Source: a virus
Lineage: Duplodnaviria > Caudoviricetes
Strand: one strand, 5' to 3'
IMG/VR virus record: IMGVR_UViG_3300033485_000042
Coordinates: 1 to 40,062 of that record
Length of the DNA stretch: 40,062 nucleotides
A model generated the notes under the pieces. That model saw only the letters and a program-made list of their open reading frames with translations, had not been told where the DNA came from and searched no databases. A program made the position numbers and the translations under genes. Position 1 is the first letter of the stretch; the number at the start of each line of letters is the position of its first letter. Shown here piece by piece: positions 26,512-35,706 of this stretch.

Positions 26512-26587
26512 GTATTTTTTTTACTATTATGTAAAAAAGTTACATATTTTAGACTGCTATATTTTTTCTTAAAATACCGTAAAATTG

Positions 26588-26615
26588 TTGACATTTTCTA
26601 AAGCCTCGATATATT
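26588..26615 (+). promoter_or_regulatory. sigma70 promoter of the moron gene
   Basis: TTGACA-N16-TATATT then TAATAGGAGGCACCATG. Confidence 0.75.
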
Positions 26616-26634
26616 GGTCTTAATAGGAGGCACC

Positions 26635-26841
26635 ATGAAAACAACCGTTGCTGATACTGAAGAACCAAAATACCCATATTTAGGGAGGTCTCAATCTGGC
26701 GCAACAGTATTATTTATTAGCATGGGTAAAGGATTGTGTCTTGTTGGATCAATACATCACGCCGCATATACCTTCAATACCATTTGGGATGAAAGTGCTT
26801 TTACTCCATTTAAAGGATCAATAACACTATCCAACGATTAA
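26635..26841 (+). CDS. 68-aa moron gene, antisense to the head operon
   Basis: MKTTVADTEEPKYPYLG...FTPFKGSITLSND; has its own promoter, RBS and terminator. Confidence 0.8.
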   Translation: MKTTVADTEEPKYPYLGRSQSGATVLFISMGKGLCLVGSIHHAAYTFNTIWDESAFTPFKGSITLSND

Positions 26842-26859
26842 GCCCTTCGGGGCTTTTTT
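26840..26859 (+). terminator. Intrinsic terminator
   Basis: AAGCCC-TTCG-GGGCTT followed by a T-run. Confidence 0.85.
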
Positions 26860-27922
26860 AAAATATTTCTCCGTATAAATTTGAAGTCAGTCCTTTTTCT
26901 TTCGCCCATGTTCCAAAGTCAGCCCATTCAAATACTTCGTTTTTCCCTGTTACCGGATTACGCCCTATGCGTATCTGTGGGCCTTCGTCGTCTATAACTT
27001 CAACCGTCGTACAGCGGCAACGGATATTATTCTTAACCAATCCAAAGCCGCCCGGATATAAAGCAGAGTCTTCCCCTATCTTGAACTTATCTTCAATGTC
27101 AATTGTCTTCCCGTCAAGTCGCGCATGACTACCCCTAGTTCTATTGTCAAGTGTTGCCATCCATCTTTTCTTGACGTTTACGCCTTCACTCTGTAAAAAC
27201 ATAGAAGATGCAAAAGCCGCCGCGCTCATTGCCCGTACTGACTCAGTAGATACTATTCTTGAAGCGTTACCCATTGCGCCCGATGCTGTCAAAGTTCCGT
27301 CTGCATTCCTTGTAACTGTTCCTATTACGTCCTTTATACTGCTTGCCATTTGCGGATATAACAAGCCCTGTTGCAATCCGGTTGTAATAGTGTTCTGTAT
27401 CTGCCTTAATTCTTCGGCTCGGTTCTTTAGTATGAACTCTGTCAATGTTCCTGACTTGCTTTGATAGTTTGCAATAGAACCGTATTTCTCAATCAGACTT
27501 TTTGGTATTGCCTTCCATGCGTCAGAGGTTCCGTATACAATAAGCTCGACCAGTTTATAAGGTATCTTGCCGAAAACCCCCCCTGTGAGCCACGAAGACG
27601 CAAACATTGACCGATAGTACGAATTACTAGCCGCAACGCTAACAGCGTGCTCTGTGAGCGTCTGAGCGCGTAAGGAATAGCTACTGTATGACTTCTGAAT
27701 ATCTTGCATTAAGTTTGTGAGTCTATTGTATTTAATGAGTGCATTGAAATAGCCAGCATTAGCTGGATTAACGCCGGCCAAGTCAAGATATGCTTTAGCT
27801 ATCTGTTCGGATATGTCCTTAATCGAGTCACGATACACGGCAATAATCTGTTTAGATATTGCCTTGACATCCTTCTCGGTTAGGGAATATACGCCCTCTT
27901 GAAATTGCAACCAACTACTCAT
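26858..27922 (-). CDS. Minor head morphogenesis protein (SPP1 gp7 / MuF)
   Basis: ASRIVSTES, KKRWMATLDNRTRGSHARLDG, NNIRCRCT. Confidence 0.92.
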   Translation of the reverse strand: MSSWLQFQEGVYSLTEKDVKAISKQIIAVYRDSIKDISEQIAKAYLDLAGVNPANAGYFNALIKYNRLTNLMQDIQKSYSSYSLRAQTLTEHAVSVAASNSYYRSMFASSWLTGGVFGKIPYKLVELIVYGTSDAWKAIPKSLIEKYGSIANYQSKSGTLTEFILKNRAEELRQIQNTITTGLQQGLLYPQMASSIKDVIGTVTRNADGTLTASGAMGNASRIVSTESVRAMSAAAFASSMFLQSEGVNVKKRWMATLDNRTRGSHARLDGKTIDIEDKFKIGEDSALYPGGFGLVKNNIRCRCTTVEVIDDEGPQIRIGRNPVTGKNEVFEWADFGTWAKEKGLTSNLYGEIF

Positions 27923-28247
27923 TTAATGTTCCTATTTTTGCACGTAATTCTGCCCCGAATAAGTGCATGTCTCTTTCGTCTTTGGCAGTATATACTATAC
28001 TTCCATCAAGAAAAACATTAAATGAAACTTTCTGCTGTAATGTTCCTTTCATGACATATTCTATCGAAAAAGACACTCTTTCTGTATTATTTATCTCTGT
28101 TTTTAGGGCAAAATCACCGCACCACTGATAAGGTGAAACTCTAGGAAAACATGATCTATATTCTTCGTTTGACTTTATAGGTATTGGTGCATGTCTGTGG
28201 CACTCACAGAAATTTGCAAAAAATCTACAGGCTTCGCATTTACTCAT
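27915..28247 (-). CDS. Cys-motif hypothetical protein between portal and MuF
   Basis: CEACRFF...CHRHAP...FPRV...WCGDF; coupled on both sides. Confidence 0.7.
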   Translation of the reverse strand: MSKCEACRFFANFCECHRHAPIPIKSNEEYRSCFPRVSPYQWCGDFALKTEINNTERVSFSIEYVMKGTLQQKVSFNVFLDGSIVYTAKDERDMHLFGAELRAKIGTLNE

Positions 28248-29704
28248 TCTATCACCGCCTTCTGTGGTGCGCTGATAGATGCGCTTGCGTCGGTTGGTTT
28301 GTCATCACTTAATAAATCAGTAACGTCAGTCCCATTGTTAAGCTTTTCTTTTTCAAAGTTCTTCTTCTCTTCTTTTGGGTCAAGTCCAGAGTATATCTGC
28401 TTTGACGTTTCAGACATGAAAGTTACGGTTGACAGTAATGGTGCTATATCCTCGATCCCGACAATACGAGTGCGATTAAATATTGGTTCGACGTATTGAT
28501 CTTTAAGATTCATCGAAAATGCTTTTTCAAAAAACTCTTTTGCTAGTCTAATTTTTTTCTGCCATCCGATTTTGATACTCTTTTCTACACGGTCGCAGAA
28601 CATATTCATATCAACCATACGCACTTTCAAAGCCTTGCCCGATGCGTCGCCCTGCGCTCCGTTATCTGGACTGTAAAAGTCTATTACGTGGCTGTGCTTG
28701 TGTATCTCTCTGATCAGCAAGTCAGACAGATAGTCTCTGAACTCAGGGTCTAGTTGTCTTTGCACATAATGAGGTGCAATTCCGTCTTTGGTTGCCCCCT
28801 CGTATAATTTCATATCATTTAGTTGTTGCTTTTGTTCTGGGGACATCACTTCGCCAAGAACAAGCATTGCGTCGGCTAATTTATCTTGTTCGTTGGCACT
28901 TCCCGTAATTACCGCATCAAGCCCGTCAATCAATGGGATCACCTGATGAAAAGCGGTATTGTCGTTTAGTGTCTCTGTGTTGTATTCTATACAAGGACAT
29001 TCCGACCAATACAGTGTACGCGGCTCAAAGTCCGTATTTACAACAATATTATCTTTATTGTCAATCTTATACGATATCCATTTGTCTTTAGATATAAAAT
29101 CAACAGCATAAACATACTTTGACTTACTTCTGGGTACTTCTTCGTTTATTGCAATGATACGGCAACCGTATAATACTTTAGGCTCAATGTCGTTATTGTA
29201 GATAAACATCATTTGACGCGGATCAACAGAAACTACGTGAATCTCCGGCTTTTTTATTTTGTCGCCTGTAGTGTATACAATCTCGCAACCCTTATTGAAC
29301 GCAAGCGCACGTATTCCGGTCTTGATGTCTACGGTGTCAATGTTTAGCTTTTTAAATGTGTCATTAAGTATAACTGAAAACTCGCTGTCCTCTTGCTCCT
29401 CTCCGTCCTCTGAATCTTCTATTTTGGTATTGTCTGAGTATACTACATTTGAAAACATATACCCAGACATTGAATCGACAAGCGTAGAATAGTAGGCCGT
29501 AGGGATGCACCAGTTCGGCATCTTGCCCTTTTCTTTTTTCTTACGATGCTGTATGAAAAGGTTGGCGTTCTCTGAGTTGTAGTATGTACCAATATAATCT
29601 AAGTACCGATACTGAGGACTCGCAAGATACGCCTTAATAAGCTGCACAATCTCTGCCGGTGTCGGCTCTGTGGTCTTATTCCATATTATTTTATTGCTTT
29701 CCAT
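28244..29704 (-). CDS. Portal protein (SPP1 gp6 family)
   Basis: YYSTLVDSMSGYMFSN, VIPLIDGLD, ASGKALK; 486 aa. Confidence 0.92.
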   Translation of the reverse strand: MESNKIIWNKTTEPTPAEIVQLIKAYLASPQYRYLDYIGTYYNSENANLFIQHRKKKEKGKMPNWCIPTAYYSTLVDSMSGYMFSNVVYSDNTKIEDSEDGEEQEDSEFSVILNDTFKKLNIDTVDIKTGIRALAFNKGCEIVYTTGDKIKKPEIHVVSVDPRQMMFIYNNDIEPKVLYGCRIIAINEEVPRSKSKYVYAVDFISKDKWISYKIDNKDNIVVNTDFEPRTLYWSECPCIEYNTETLNDNTAFHQVIPLIDGLDAVITGSANEQDKLADAMLVLGEVMSPEQKQQLNDMKLYEGATKDGIAPHYVQRQLDPEFRDYLSDLLIREIHKHSHVIDFYSPDNGAQGDASGKALKVRMVDMNMFCDRVEKSIKIGWQKKIRLAKEFFEKAFSMNLKDQYVEPIFNRTRIVGIEDIAPLLSTVTFMSETSKQIYSGLDPKEEKKNFEKEKLNNGTDVTDLLSDDKPTDASASISAPQKAVIE

Positions 29705-30015
29705 TATTTTGTTACCTTGTTTGTATATATCGAAGTTATCTCTTTGCCGTCTTGCTGATCTTCATATGTTGCATATCCTATGTCTGTATTTGGTTGTATC
29801 ACAAAATTATCGTCTGCGTAAAATCTAGCCATTCTGCCTTTAAAATAATAGTCAATAGTATTTGTACTTTGGTATGTATGATTAATAGGATCAAAACTAA
29901 TTATAATGTCTTTATTTAACGTCTCGTATAGTTTACCATTTCGATATACGTCCGCACCTTCTGGTATAAGTATCTGGCTAAACCATCCGTTATCGTTGTC
30001 GCTATGCTTTACCAT
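29704..30015 (-). CDS. Hypothetical protein between TerL and portal
   Basis: GAGGGG RBS; coupled to the portal start. Confidence 0.65.
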   Translation of the reverse strand: MVKHSDNDNGWFSQILIPEGADVYRNGKLYETLNKDIIISFDPINHTYQSTNTIDYYFKGRMARFYADDNFVIQPNTDIGYATYEDQQDGKEITSIYTNKVTK

Positions 30016-30021
30016 ATCCCC

Positions 30022-31275
30022 TCACAAAAAGTTGATGTCATCGCCTGATGATATTCGTATTTTTCTACTAAAGCCAATATGACTATATTGAGCATATCTG
30101 TCTGAATCCATGGAGTCATCGTTTTCTTTGATAACTTCCTCTTTCTTTTTGTTATCTCTCCATCTATACATATATACTTCTTTTAGCCAGTTTGGATTGG
30201 TTGATTTAATTACATAATATCTGTTGTTCTTTAGTTGCCCAGCTACAAAAGTAATTCCCTCAATAACCGGATTACGTGCTTCTTTTGCATTTATTCCGGC
30301 TGACCGATATGCTGATATATGATCTGGTCTTGCCGGGTCGCAGTATACGGGAAAGTTGCCATATGTTTGTTTTAGTTTAAGTACCTCAGAAGACCACCAT
30401 CCTATCTGCTGATGTGATTCAGCAATCTCTAATAATCTGTATACAATACCGTCATGATCACAACCGTATAACGCAAATACTCCCTTATGTTCATATCCCC
30501 AATCTTGTCCGGCAAAGTAATCATTTAGCGTTATTGGTTTGCCTTCAATCTCTGGTAGTTTATCAATAGCATGCCGTGAATACTCAAAGTCTTTATATAC
30601 CATTCCCTCAGCAGCAACCCACAATCCCATAATATCGCGGTCGTACCACATTCCGGTGGGTGTTGATCTCTTGATTGACTCAATATATTCGGGTGGCAGT
30701 TTTGTATTGTCATCAAGTATAAAGTGCCAGCTCTTGACATCAATTTGACCATTTGAAAGAACGAATCCTGCTTTATCAATATAATCTGTTTTGATGAAGT
30801 GATATGGGTAATCGGGGTTTGTGTCCCACCATATTCTAGCACCCTTTCCCGAACACCTTTTAAACGCCTGATCTATACTATTCTGATGGCTATCAGTTAC
30901 TTCATTGCCAAGCCATCCATACGCGGTAAATCCCTTGATTGCCTTATAACTGTCAATGTTCTCTGTGCCAAAGCAGTGTATAGTATTACCGAATAGATTG
31001 AACTCGTTTCTTTGGTTTAGCGATGTGTCCTCTCCAAATAGTCTTGTAATCTCATCTAGTATATTACGCTTGATTGCCGCAATTGACGTTCCTGTTATTA
31101 TGAAGGGGCGTTTTCTAAAGTATTCAACATGATTAAGAAACAGAAATATATTTGCCGTTGTCTTTGCGCTTCTTATCGCACCTTCTAATATTGTCAGACG
31201 CGGTTTGTATTCAAGGTCAAACTCTATTACCTCAACCTGTTTTGGCGTTAATTCTTTTTTCAGAGTATCGGTCAT
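30022..31275 (-). CDS. terL: Terminase large subunit (PBSX family)
   Basis: EGAIRSAKT Walker A variant, LGNEV, DTNPDYPYHFIK, GQDWGY, YCDPARP, DDSMDSDRYA. Confidence 0.95.
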   Translation of the reverse strand: MTDTLKKELTPKQVEVIEFDLEYKPRLTILEGAIRSAKTTANIFLFLNHVEYFRKRPFIITGTSIAAIKRNILDEITRLFGEDTSLNQRNEFNLFGNTIHCFGTENIDSYKAIKGFTAYGWLGNEVTDSHQNSIDQAFKRCSGKGARIWWDTNPDYPYHFIKTDYIDKAGFVLSNGQIDVKSWHFILDDNTKLPPEYIESIKRSTPTGMWYDRDIMGLWVAAEGMVYKDFEYSRHAIDKLPEIEGKPITLNDYFAGQDWGYEHKGVFALYGCDHDGIVYRLLEIAESHQQIGWWSSEVLKLKQTYGNFPVYCDPARPDHISAYRSAGINAKEARNPVIEGITFVAGQLKNNRYYVIKSTNPNWLKEVYMYRWRDNKKKEEVIKENDDSMDSDRYAQYSHIGFSRKIRISSGDDINFL

Positions 31276-31667
31276 TCTTGCCGTAGGTTCTTAATAAAGT
31301 CATTCAATACGCTTCCGCTATGTTCAATCTCTTGTTTATCGGTATATCCATAGTTCTTTAGCATGAATATTACAAAGGCCGGCGCAAGTAATCCAGTTCC
31401 GCCGAATCTTTCATAGAACGAACACATCCTAGCTCTGATACTCTTTATAGTGTGGGTATATTCTTCTTTTTCCTCGTAGTCGTATAATGAAAACCTATCG
31501 GCAAATCCAAGGAACACGGCCAACGCAGAAATAGAGGGGCAATTTAATACCTCTCTTTTACATAATTGGATAGCTGCTTTAGCCTCTATTATATCAAAAT
31601 ACTCATCAATAGCGGACTGCATCTCTTCCGGTGAACTATATTTGGGTGGTCTTCCTACGTTTGCCAT
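31272..31667 (-). CDS. terS: Terminase small subunit (P22 gp3-like)
   Basis: GRPPKYSSPEEMQSAIDEYF, SISALAVFLGF, IFMLKNYGYTDKQEIEHSG. Confidence 0.9.
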   Translation of the reverse strand: MANVGRPPKYSSPEEMQSAIDEYFDIIEAKAAIQLCKREVLNCPSISALAVFLGFADRFSLYDYEEKEEYTHTIKSIRARMCSFYERFGGTGLLAPAFVIFMLKNYGYTDKQEIEHSGSVLNDFIKNLRQE

Positions 31668-31991
31668 GATCCTCTATTTGTATATTTACGGCATTATCGC
31701 CTTAATGATAGTCCTGTATGCTTCTATCTCTTCTTTCGTGTATTCAGTGTCTGTCATGGACTTGTCAAATAGAATACACATATTCTTTAAGGTGTTTAGT
31801 TCTTCTTTTGTCTCTATGGTTATAGTTAATGGGATGAATTTACTCTCTATTGTCATCTATGGCCTCGCGTATCTTGTCCGTGCTATATGTCACTCTGTCG
31901 GAAAACTCTGATTTTTTACCGGGGTTATACTGATTTACTGGACGGTAAAAGCCGCAACATCTGGAATATATCTCGCATTCTATTTGCTTTT

Positions 31992-32222
31992 TCATACTAC
32001 ACCATATATTGTTCCGCACTGTTTACACATATACGCATCAACATCTTTACCAGTTGTCACCGCGATATGATGGTGTCCGTTTACAGTATCGGCCTGATAG
32101 GAAAATGGCTCTGACTTAATGCCCATAATTCTAATACAGTTCTCGGTTTGGCAATGTTTGCAGTAGTATTTTTTAGCAATTAGGTCTTTCACGACATAAC
32201 CTCTATCAATACTACCGTACAC
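31992..32222 (-). CDS. Small zinc-ribbon protein
   Basis: CKHC...CKQCG. Confidence 0.55.
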   Translation of the reverse strand: MYGSIDRGYVVKDLIAKKYYCKHCQTENCIRIMGIKSEPFSYQADTVNGHHHIAVTTGKDVDAYMCKQCGTIYGVV

Positions 32223-32443
32223 AGGTCTTCGTTAATATTAAGGCTAGTAGAGTTGACACAGTACAGGTTACCGGCAAAAATATAAGCTGCGTTTAGGTTC
32301 GGTATTATTCCATGCATATTAGTAAAAAGCTTGTCGCCTTTTGTATCTTTAAATATTATAGTCATATCTTCCTGTCCTCTGCGGTTAATCCGTCGTATTC
32401 CCAGTCTATACATAAGTAAGAAGGTGATTCCATTCTGTCGCAC
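32189..32443 (-). CDS. Hypothetical protein
   Basis: ORF in a run of small minus-strand genes; likely start at MTIIFK. Confidence 0.5.
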   Translation of the reverse strand: MRQNGITFLLMYRLGIRRINRRGQEDMTIIFKDTKGDKLFTNMHGIIPNLNAAYIFAGNLYCVNSTSLNINEDLCTVVLIEVMS

Positions 32444-32542
32444 TCATCAATAACGTCTCCGCTATCGTCATAAGTTATAAGTTTTTTACAATTGCCGCAA
32501 CAGCGAAGATTTTCACAGTGGCATATTAGTATATCATTCATA

Positions 32543-32809
32543 TCAGTTCACGCTCGTCTTAGTCTGCTCTTCCTTAACCTGTGCATCTTTATATGCTTTC
32601 ATAGCCTCTTGATATGCCTTGTCGAATAGTGCTTTAGTCTTCTTGTTCTTGCGGTGTCTTACAATAGCGTAAATGACGGCAAGGGCTACAATGGCGATTA
32701 AGCCATAAGGCCAAAGGAGAACGGCTACTCTATACGCTACTTGAATCAGTGCGACCAAAAGCAGCGCGGCAAAAATAAAAAATAATACCGATGTTATAAA
32801 GTTCTTCAT
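32543..32809 (-). CDS. Two-TM membrane protein
   Basis: Two hydrophobic segments followed by a basic tail. Confidence 0.7.
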   Translation of the reverse strand: MKNFITSVLFFIFAALLLVALIQVAYRVAVLLWPYGLIAIVALAVIYAIVRHRKNKKTKALFDKAYQEAMKAYKDAQVKEEQTKTSVN

Positions 32810-33289
32810 TTCTTACCGTACCTGTTGAGCGTTCGGAAATAGTCTTTATCGGTGCATTTTGTAGGGTCTGATATATTAGCAATACGCATTTTTATAGCAG
32901 ACCATAATGATAGTTTTACCTTGACTATTATAGTAAATGTTTCAAGTATGGTATTCTTCATTTATTTCACTCCTGTAAGTTGATTGTCTTTCTCGCCCTG
33001 CGGATACCCAACACTATAGCCTAGCTTATACGCCTTAGTGCATCCGTAGCAAAGGTCTTTGTCTCCTAGCGTGGTTACTATGTTGCGCTGTTCATCGTGG
33101 CATATGTCGCAAGTTTTGTCTTTGCTCATTATTGCTCCGTGATGCGTTCAATTAAATTGCCTTTTTCGTCAAATCGCTCTATGGTTTTTTTAGTGGCAAT
33201 TATAGGACTATACTTTTGTATTCCAAATTCTTTTAAGTATCGTGGACACGTTAGACAGGCAGACGTACCGGATAAACTACAACTACAAA

Positions 33290-33583
33290 TCACCGCTTCC
33301 CCCTTACCGACATATATCCTGTTGTGATCCCATGAATTTGCGCATGATTCAATTTCAAATTAAGCTTATCAGAAACATAGTGCAGTATCTCATGTATGAC
33401 AGTTTCCTCTTGCGTCTTCTTTTTCTGTCCCGATAGTATGTATATCGTGTTATTGTCAGAGTCGCACATACCGAGAAGATAAGCACCTTTTTCGTCTTTT
33501 AATGGATCAACCATGACAAACTTTACATCGTTGCCAAGTATTGATTTTATGCCGTCTTTAGGGTAACGGTGCATACTAAACAA
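33290..33583 (-). CDS. HExxH metallopeptidase-like small protein
   Basis: LLGMCD..NNTIYI...EETVIHEILH. Confidence 0.8.
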   Translation of the reverse strand: MFSMHRYPKDGIKSILGNDVKFVMVDPLKDEKGAYLLGMCDSDNNTIYILSGQKKKTQEETVIHEILHYVSDKLNLKLNHAQIHGITTGYMSVRGKR

Positions 33584-34553
33584 TCCTATTGTTGATGATG
33601 GTTTTATTGTCTATATGCCAGTATGTATCATCAAGTCTATGATATTCAGCAAATCCCAAGTTCCACTGATTCGACCGCGCATATTCTGGAGACAACTGAC
33701 ACATTGCGCCTATTGACCAATCCATGTCAACAATTCTTCCCAACCTTGTCGCCGAGTGTGAACTTGTCCGGTGAAAGTGATTACAAATTGCAGTTACTCC
33801 GGTTGCCCTATAAAGTGAGGCTGCCGGGTTCTGTCCTCCGCTTATCTTTATTTCATGCCCATGTAGTACGGCTAATCCAGCCAAATCAATATATGTATCT
33901 GCTTCAATATAGCTTATTCCTAAATCAAATAATCCTAAAAGGTTTTCAAGTCTTATTGCTTCGAGTCCATAAAGCTCAGGGGCTTTCCTGCATACATACT
34001 TTTCTAGTCTTGCCTCGTGGTTTGCCGCTTTAAATATTATTCTTGCTTTAGGGTATAGCCTTTTAAGCTCTGCAAGGAACGCCTTTGTCATTGCTATTTC
34101 ATCAAGTAGCTTCGATATTCCCGGCCTTTTGTCAAAGTCTGAAACCTCATAGAAGTCGAGAATATCACCGTTTAACAATATAAAGTCATAATCATTCTTG
34201 ACGGTATGGTCAAACATTGCTTTAAGCGCATCTTCGCTATGGAACGGAAAATGAGTGTCACCAAAAATTAGCCCGTGATTACCTGTCAGTATGTGCGGCT
34301 TATAATCGATATTGATTGACTTCGGTATGTTGTACTTTTGCGCTATTTTGTCGGCTGTTAGGAATTTGTCAGGGGCTGACTTTAAATGCTTTTTGCCATT
34401 TGCCCCTCGGTAATATCTTATCGAATTTCGTACTTCTTCGACAGATATAAAAGTATCTTTATTTGTTTTATATATTGCTTTAGCCAAAGTAAGACTTGCC
34501 ACGTTTGGGTATTTTTGAAGGTTATCCTTAATGATGTTAGATTTAATGTTCAA
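33576..34553 (-). CDS. Calcineurin-like metallophosphoesterase with N-terminal helical/HTH-like region
   Basis: GDTHFP, LNGDILD, ANHE, HGHE and NHFH motifs; start re-assigned to TTG 34553 downstream of the structured RNA. Confidence 0.88.
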   Translation of the reverse strand: MNIKSNIIKDNLQKYPNVASLTLAKAIYKTNKDTFISVEEVRNSIRYYRGANGKKHLKSAPDKFLTADKIAQKYNIPKSINIDYKPHILTGNHGLIFGDTHFPFHSEDALKAMFDHTVKNDYDFILLNGDILDFYEVSDFDKRPGISKLLDEIAMTKAFLAELKRLYPKARIIFKAANHEARLEKYVCRKAPELYGLEAIRLENLLGLFDLGISYIEADTYIDLAGLAVLHGHEIKISGGQNPAASLYRATGVTAICNHFHRTSSHSATRLGRIVDMDWSIGAMCQLSPEYARSNQWNLGFAEYHRLDDTYWHIDNKTIINNRIV

Positions 34554-34574
34554 AAGTACCTGTCTTTCCTTTGA

Positions 34575-34787
34575 CCCGGCTGCCGATGGAACACCGACAA
34601 CCGGGCTTTCAAGGAGGTGATTGTATATGATAAAAGCTTTCGCTGTTATCTGCAAGGGGGCATTTACCCCCATTTGTACTGAAACACTCAGTTTTTAAAA
34701 CGTTTTAATTACATACGCAGTCCGTTACTGCTATTATATTTTATCGGGCTTTACTGGATCGGGAAGAAAGCTCTTGAAAGACCCGGC
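34575..34787 (-). ncRNA. Structured leader/ncRNA containing an anti-Shine-Dalgarno sequence
   Basis: At least five hairpins, a long-range helix (34771-34787 with 34600-34616) and AUCACCUCCUU on the minus strand. Confidence 0.55.
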
Positions 34788-34810
34788 ATACAAGAGATAT
34801 AATTTACATC

Positions 34811-35338
34811 CTATTTAGTCAAATGTTTTTTGACCATTTTGATTATTTTTGTATGCCTTGCATATATCGCCTGTTTTGTTAGGTTTAGCCTCTCTCCTAT
34901 TTCCTTGAAAGTATACCCGGAAATAAACAATTCAAATATTATAACATCATTGCCTTTGAGGCTATTTCTTGCCGTATCAATATCCATTTGGAACTCGACA
35001 TCCGTTTTAGCGCGGTTGTCTAAAATATCTACCAGTGATTCGGTACTGCAAATTCTGACACCCTTTTTCTTTTGATATGATGTTAAAATTCCGTCTTTTT
35101 TACTATTCAGGAACGTGTTTAGTTTACGTCTTATATGTGAATATGCACACGGCTCCATGTCTCTTACATCGAAGTTGTCCTTTTGACAGAACGACAAAAG
35201 GGCGATATATGCCTCTTGCTGAATATCGTCAAACTCATAGCTCGACCCTCGCACCATTGCAGCGAAGCCCCGCGCCGCCCTTTCCGCTACTTGTTTGTAC
35301 TGATTAAATAGTTTGTCGCGTTCTTGTAGTGAAATCAT
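34811..35338 (-). CDS. Phage sigma-70 family (ECF-like) sigma factor
   Basis: Region 2 EFDDIQQEAYIALL; region 4 GYTFKEIGERLNLTKQAIY. Confidence 0.88.
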   Translation of the reverse strand: MISLQERDKLFNQYKQVAERAARGFAAMVRGSSYEFDDIQQEAYIALLSFCQKDNFDVRDMEPCAYSHIRRKLNTFLNSKKDGILTSYQKKKGVRICSTESLVDILDNRAKTDVEFQMDIDTARNSLKGNDVIIFELFISGYTFKEIGERLNLTKQAIYARHTKIIKMVKKHLTK

Positions 35339-35533
35339 TTAATTCTCCATCCTTGCGTCAAACATTGCAGAGTCTATTGCCCTGTCACATTCGCACTCAT
35401 ATCTATGCTGGTCTAATAATTTAGAGTGTTTACAATTATTTTCAACATACGAATATCCCATGCTTTCGTAATACTTGCATAAGTCAGGACAATGGCACAT
35501 AAACTCTATTCTGCATTGATTTGATTTTATCAT
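35339..35533 (-). CDS. Small Cys-rich protein
   Basis: 7 Cys in 64 aa; GGGGGA RBS. Confidence 0.6.
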   Translation of the reverse strand: MIKSNQCRIEFMCHCPDLCKYYESMGYSYVENNCKHSKLLDQHRYECECDRAIDSAMFDARMEN

Positions 35534-35706
35534 TTTTCCCCCTTTGGATAGTCGTTTTTGTAGAATCCAGCACCTTTAAAAATAACCGGATGCGCCGTCC
35601 ATACTCTTTCCATCTTGCTATGGCATAGTGGGCAAATCTGATCTTGCTTTTTGACGCTGCAAGTATGCTGATAACTACAATCTGGACACTTATAATCAGC
35701 TTCCAT
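35530..35706 (-). CDS. FmdB-family zinc-ribbon protein
   Basis: Manual translation MEADYKCPDC...ICPLCHSKMERVW..PVIFKGAGFYKNDY; GAGGT RBS. Confidence 0.85.
   Translation of the reverse strand: MEADYKCPDCSYQHTCSVKKQDQICPLCHSKMERVWTAHPVIFKGAGFYKNDYPKGEK

Noticed and set aside
34554-34673. N-terminal 40 aa of the 365-aa phosphoesterase ORF
   Set aside because: Runs through strong hairpins and lacks an RBS; TTG at 34553 has an upstream AAGGAAAG.
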